Shown here in pieces: positions 61,050 through 64,000 of a stretch of DNA of 64,000 nucleotides. The notes beneath the pieces are model-generated. The model was not told where the DNA came from. It worked only from the letters and a program-made list of their open reading frames with translations, and did not search any database. The first letter of the stretch is position 1; every line of letters begins with the position of its first letter. This stretch comes from Mobula hypostoma. Lineage: Eukaryota. The translations under genes were made by a program, and so were the position numbers. The DNA lies in assembly GCF_963921235.1 (NCBI RefSeq), contig NC_086098.1, positions 154,628,001 through 154,692,000 of the forward strand, written 5' to 3'.

Positions 61050-61500
61050 CAGGTAAACTACGCCCCCTCCATCCCTTTGCTCACTCTTCCCGTACTCATT
61101 TCCCGCGACATCTGCTCTGCCTCTACTCCCTATCATGCAGTGTCTTTCCCTTCCTCCACACACTCCATCTGCCCACCACTCACATCCTCCTCCCACTGGG
61201 TCCCCACCCTTCACCGTTCCTCACCACCTCCCTTATTTCGCTTCATGCTCTCCTTTCTTTCTTGTCAGACTCCATCACTCGCAGCCCTTTGTTGCCTTCG
61301 CCTAGCGCCTCCCGGCCTCTTTGCACTCCCCTCTCCGTCGGCCTATCACCCCTCCTCACCTGGATCGACCCGCTTCTTGCTAACGCTTGATCGGCCCCTT
61401 CCCTTCACCTCTTTATACTGCAATGGCTCCTCTTTCAGTCCAGATGAAGGTTGTCGACGGTTCATTCCCCTCCGACGATGCTGTATCATCCGGTAAGTTC
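61050..61500 (+). mobile_element. Degenerate Penelope-type terminal fragment
   Basis: Pyrimidine-rich tract ending TCTTTCAGTCCAGATGAAGG...GTCGAC, similar to the 45.2 kb end but with a broken core. Confidence 0.5.
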
Positions 61501-62819
61501 CTCCCCCGCATTTTTGTTTTGTAGGCAGAAATTGAATTGAGCGCTTAACCGTTTCAAGTGCATTTCAAACTTAGGTGTAGGACCGGTGGATTTAGTGCAG
61601 GGTCTGGGACATCTTTGGGCTATCACAGCAGTAGTACTGACGGGATGTGACTGCATGCTGGGGCCTATGACGATCGCTTACTGCGCTACAGCGGGAATGC
61701 TATACTGTCAAAGATTCCACTTTTCGGATGAAGTGTTAAACTGGACCCAATCTAGCCTCCATGGTGCACCTTAAAGAACCCCGTTTCGCTCCTTTTCGAT
61801 TGTTTGTTGACTCGTTTGTCTAGTGTTATCTTTCGAGTAGCATCTCTAGAGACTTGGAGTGAGAGGACTATCCTATCCTAACAGACTAAAGAAACTGGAT
61901 CTGTACGCTTTGTAGAAGAACCAAAACAAACTCTAAGATGCATGACCGGATAGATACTGAGGTGTTTCCGCCAGTGGAAGAGTCTGAACGAAGGGATACC
62001 GATACAGCAAATGAAGTGGTAATTTAAAACTGAGGCGGATGGAAATTTCATCTAAGGGAGTTGCGAATCTCTGGAACATTGGAAGATACATCATTGGTGG
62101 TCCTTAAGGAGGCGGGAGCAGAGATGGCTTTTGAAAGGTCAGGAAATTAAAAGCTATGGCGCTTGAGCACCGAGAAAGGGTTGAAAGCTAAGGCAGATCC
62201 TCCGTGGCCATTCTGAATGGTGGGGCAGGCTTTAAAGATTGCGGCATCTAATCTACTCCTGTTCCTAATTTCCAATTCTCAAGTTATGCATTGCTTTTTA
62301 AAGGAATTTCCGCTGTTTAAAAAATGCATGTTTCAGTGGTAAACGCGCTTCAGTGCACTTCATTGTCCACAAATTTCTTTAGAGATTGTGGAAGAATCGT
62401 GGGGAGTCCTGTATCCCAAATCCTGTGGTTTGTACATAGCTTCCAACCAACATCATTTGAAGAATACGTTAACATACGGAAGTTAAATCGTGAATTAAAT
62501 TCCCAATGCACTCATCAACAGAGTTGCTATCCATAAATCTTGCTGGGTCTTCCAGGCTCCGATGGAGAAATCATAAACTAGGTGCTGCCACTTTATGCTT
62601 CTTTGGAAAGTTATCTCACTCCTTTGCTGTGGGGGGGGGGTGGTTAAGAGCTCTACTGACTCACAGAGACTTGAACTGAATGGCCCGCTGAACTAAAGCG
62701 GCAGCGTTTCTGACCGATTAGTGCGGGGAGGGATATGAAGTAACCAACGTATCGTTTCTTCGTTACTCTGCTACGAAACGCATCTAGAGAGGGACTTCTT
62801 GTTCAAATTAAATTTAGAC

Positions 62820-64000
62820 TTACTCTACCTCTCCCTGGAAGCCAAAAAGTTCCAAGTTATCGATTGTTTGCAATACTCCAAAAGTGACCCAACCAGAGTT
62901 TTATAAAGTTGCAACATAAGCTCTGGATTTTTGAACTCAATGCTTCTATTAATATAAGCAAGAATTCTGTAAGCCATTTTACGGACTAGTGTAGCCACTT
63001 TCAAGGAGCTATGAACTTGGATCCCAAGATCTCTTTCCTCAGCAACACTTAAGGATTTCGCCCTTAACAGTGTACTGTCTCCTGGCATTTGACCTGCCAA
63101 GGTGCATCACCTCATATTTATCTGGGTTAAACTCCACCTGCCATTTCTCTGCCCATGCTTGTAACTGATCTATATTGCACCATATTATTTGCCAGTCTTG
63201 CACGCTATCCACAACTCCACCAGTCTTAGTATCATCCGCAAACTTATTCACAAACCAATCCACATTTTCATCCAGGTCCCTTATACACATCACAAACAGC
63301 AGAGGTTCCAGCACAGATCCCTGCAGAACATCTCTAATCACAGACCTCCAGCTCGAATAAGTCCTTGCTTTCCATGTGCAAGCCAGTTCTGAATGCAACA
63401 GCCAATTCGCCGTGCAGCCTATGTATCCTAATCTTCCGGATTAGCCTCCCAAGAGGGACCTTCTCAAAGGCCTTACTAAAATCCATGTGGACAACATCAA
63501 CTGCCCTACCCTCATCAGTCTCTCTCGTCAGCTTGTCAAAAAACTCAATCGAGTTGGTAAGAGACGACCTGATTAGTAGTGCAACTCCTCCACCCCCCAC
63601 CTCCCACCCCCACTCTATCTTTTCTAAGATGTCGAAAACCTGGTACATTAATCACCCATTACTGCCTCTCTCTCAACAAGGTTTCAGTAATGGCTACAAC
63701 ATCGGATTTCAGGTACTGATCGATGCTCCGTTCATCGCCCTTATCTATAATACCCCTAGCATTAAAGTATACACACTTCAAACTATCCGACCTGTTATTT
63801 CGATTTTGCCTTTCAATATTTTCCTGTCTGTTCATTCACTTACTGACCAGGGGGTTCTGGTTCCCAGCTCCCTGCAAAACTATTTTAAACCCTCCCGAGT
63901 AACATCAGCAAACCTCCAGGCCTGGATATTGGTTCCCCTCCAGTTCAGATGCAAGCTGTCCCTCTTGTGCGGGTTACTCCTTCCCCAGAAAAGGTTCCAA
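62820..64000 (-). mobile_element. Decayed CR1 fragments
   Basis: QGSVLEP, KFADDTK and DFSKAFEKV remnants in ORFs 62825-63648. Confidence 0.8.

Noticed and set aside
61000-64000. SEPTIN5 exons expected upstream of GP1BB from human synteny
   Set aside because: Only repeat-derived sequence recognised; no septin motifs within the window.

Overview
Vertebrate genomic DNA, almost certainly from a cartilaginous fish (shark or ray), inferred from the type II/lambda-like Ig light-chain C exons and the CR1, V-SINE and Penelope repeat content. It appears to be the edge of an Ig light-chain cluster region. An old tandem duplication (unit 1 about 1-11,900; unit 2 about 15,500-42,100) produced two lambda-like C exons. 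C1 (968-1258 plus 6922-6953) is split by a full-length L1 with a 16-bp target-site duplication (TSD); C2 (17821-18143) is intact. I found no V/J exon between them. Downstream lie a decayed germline-joined VJ relic (about 55.8 kb), a possible decayed V-set Ig-superfamily gene on the minus strand (about 58.0-58.6 kb) and an intact GP1BB coding exon (60335-60889, minus). The rest is mostly transposon-derived: L1, Rex1/Babar, many CR1 copies (one near full length with an esterase ORF1), a Gmr1-like LTR element, a Gypsy element with nested insertions, several solo LTRs, Penelope-like ends carrying minimal hammerhead ribozyme motifs, Tc1 and hAT fossils, and a V-SINE. All alignments and family assignments were made by eye and from recalled consensus features; no database search was run.
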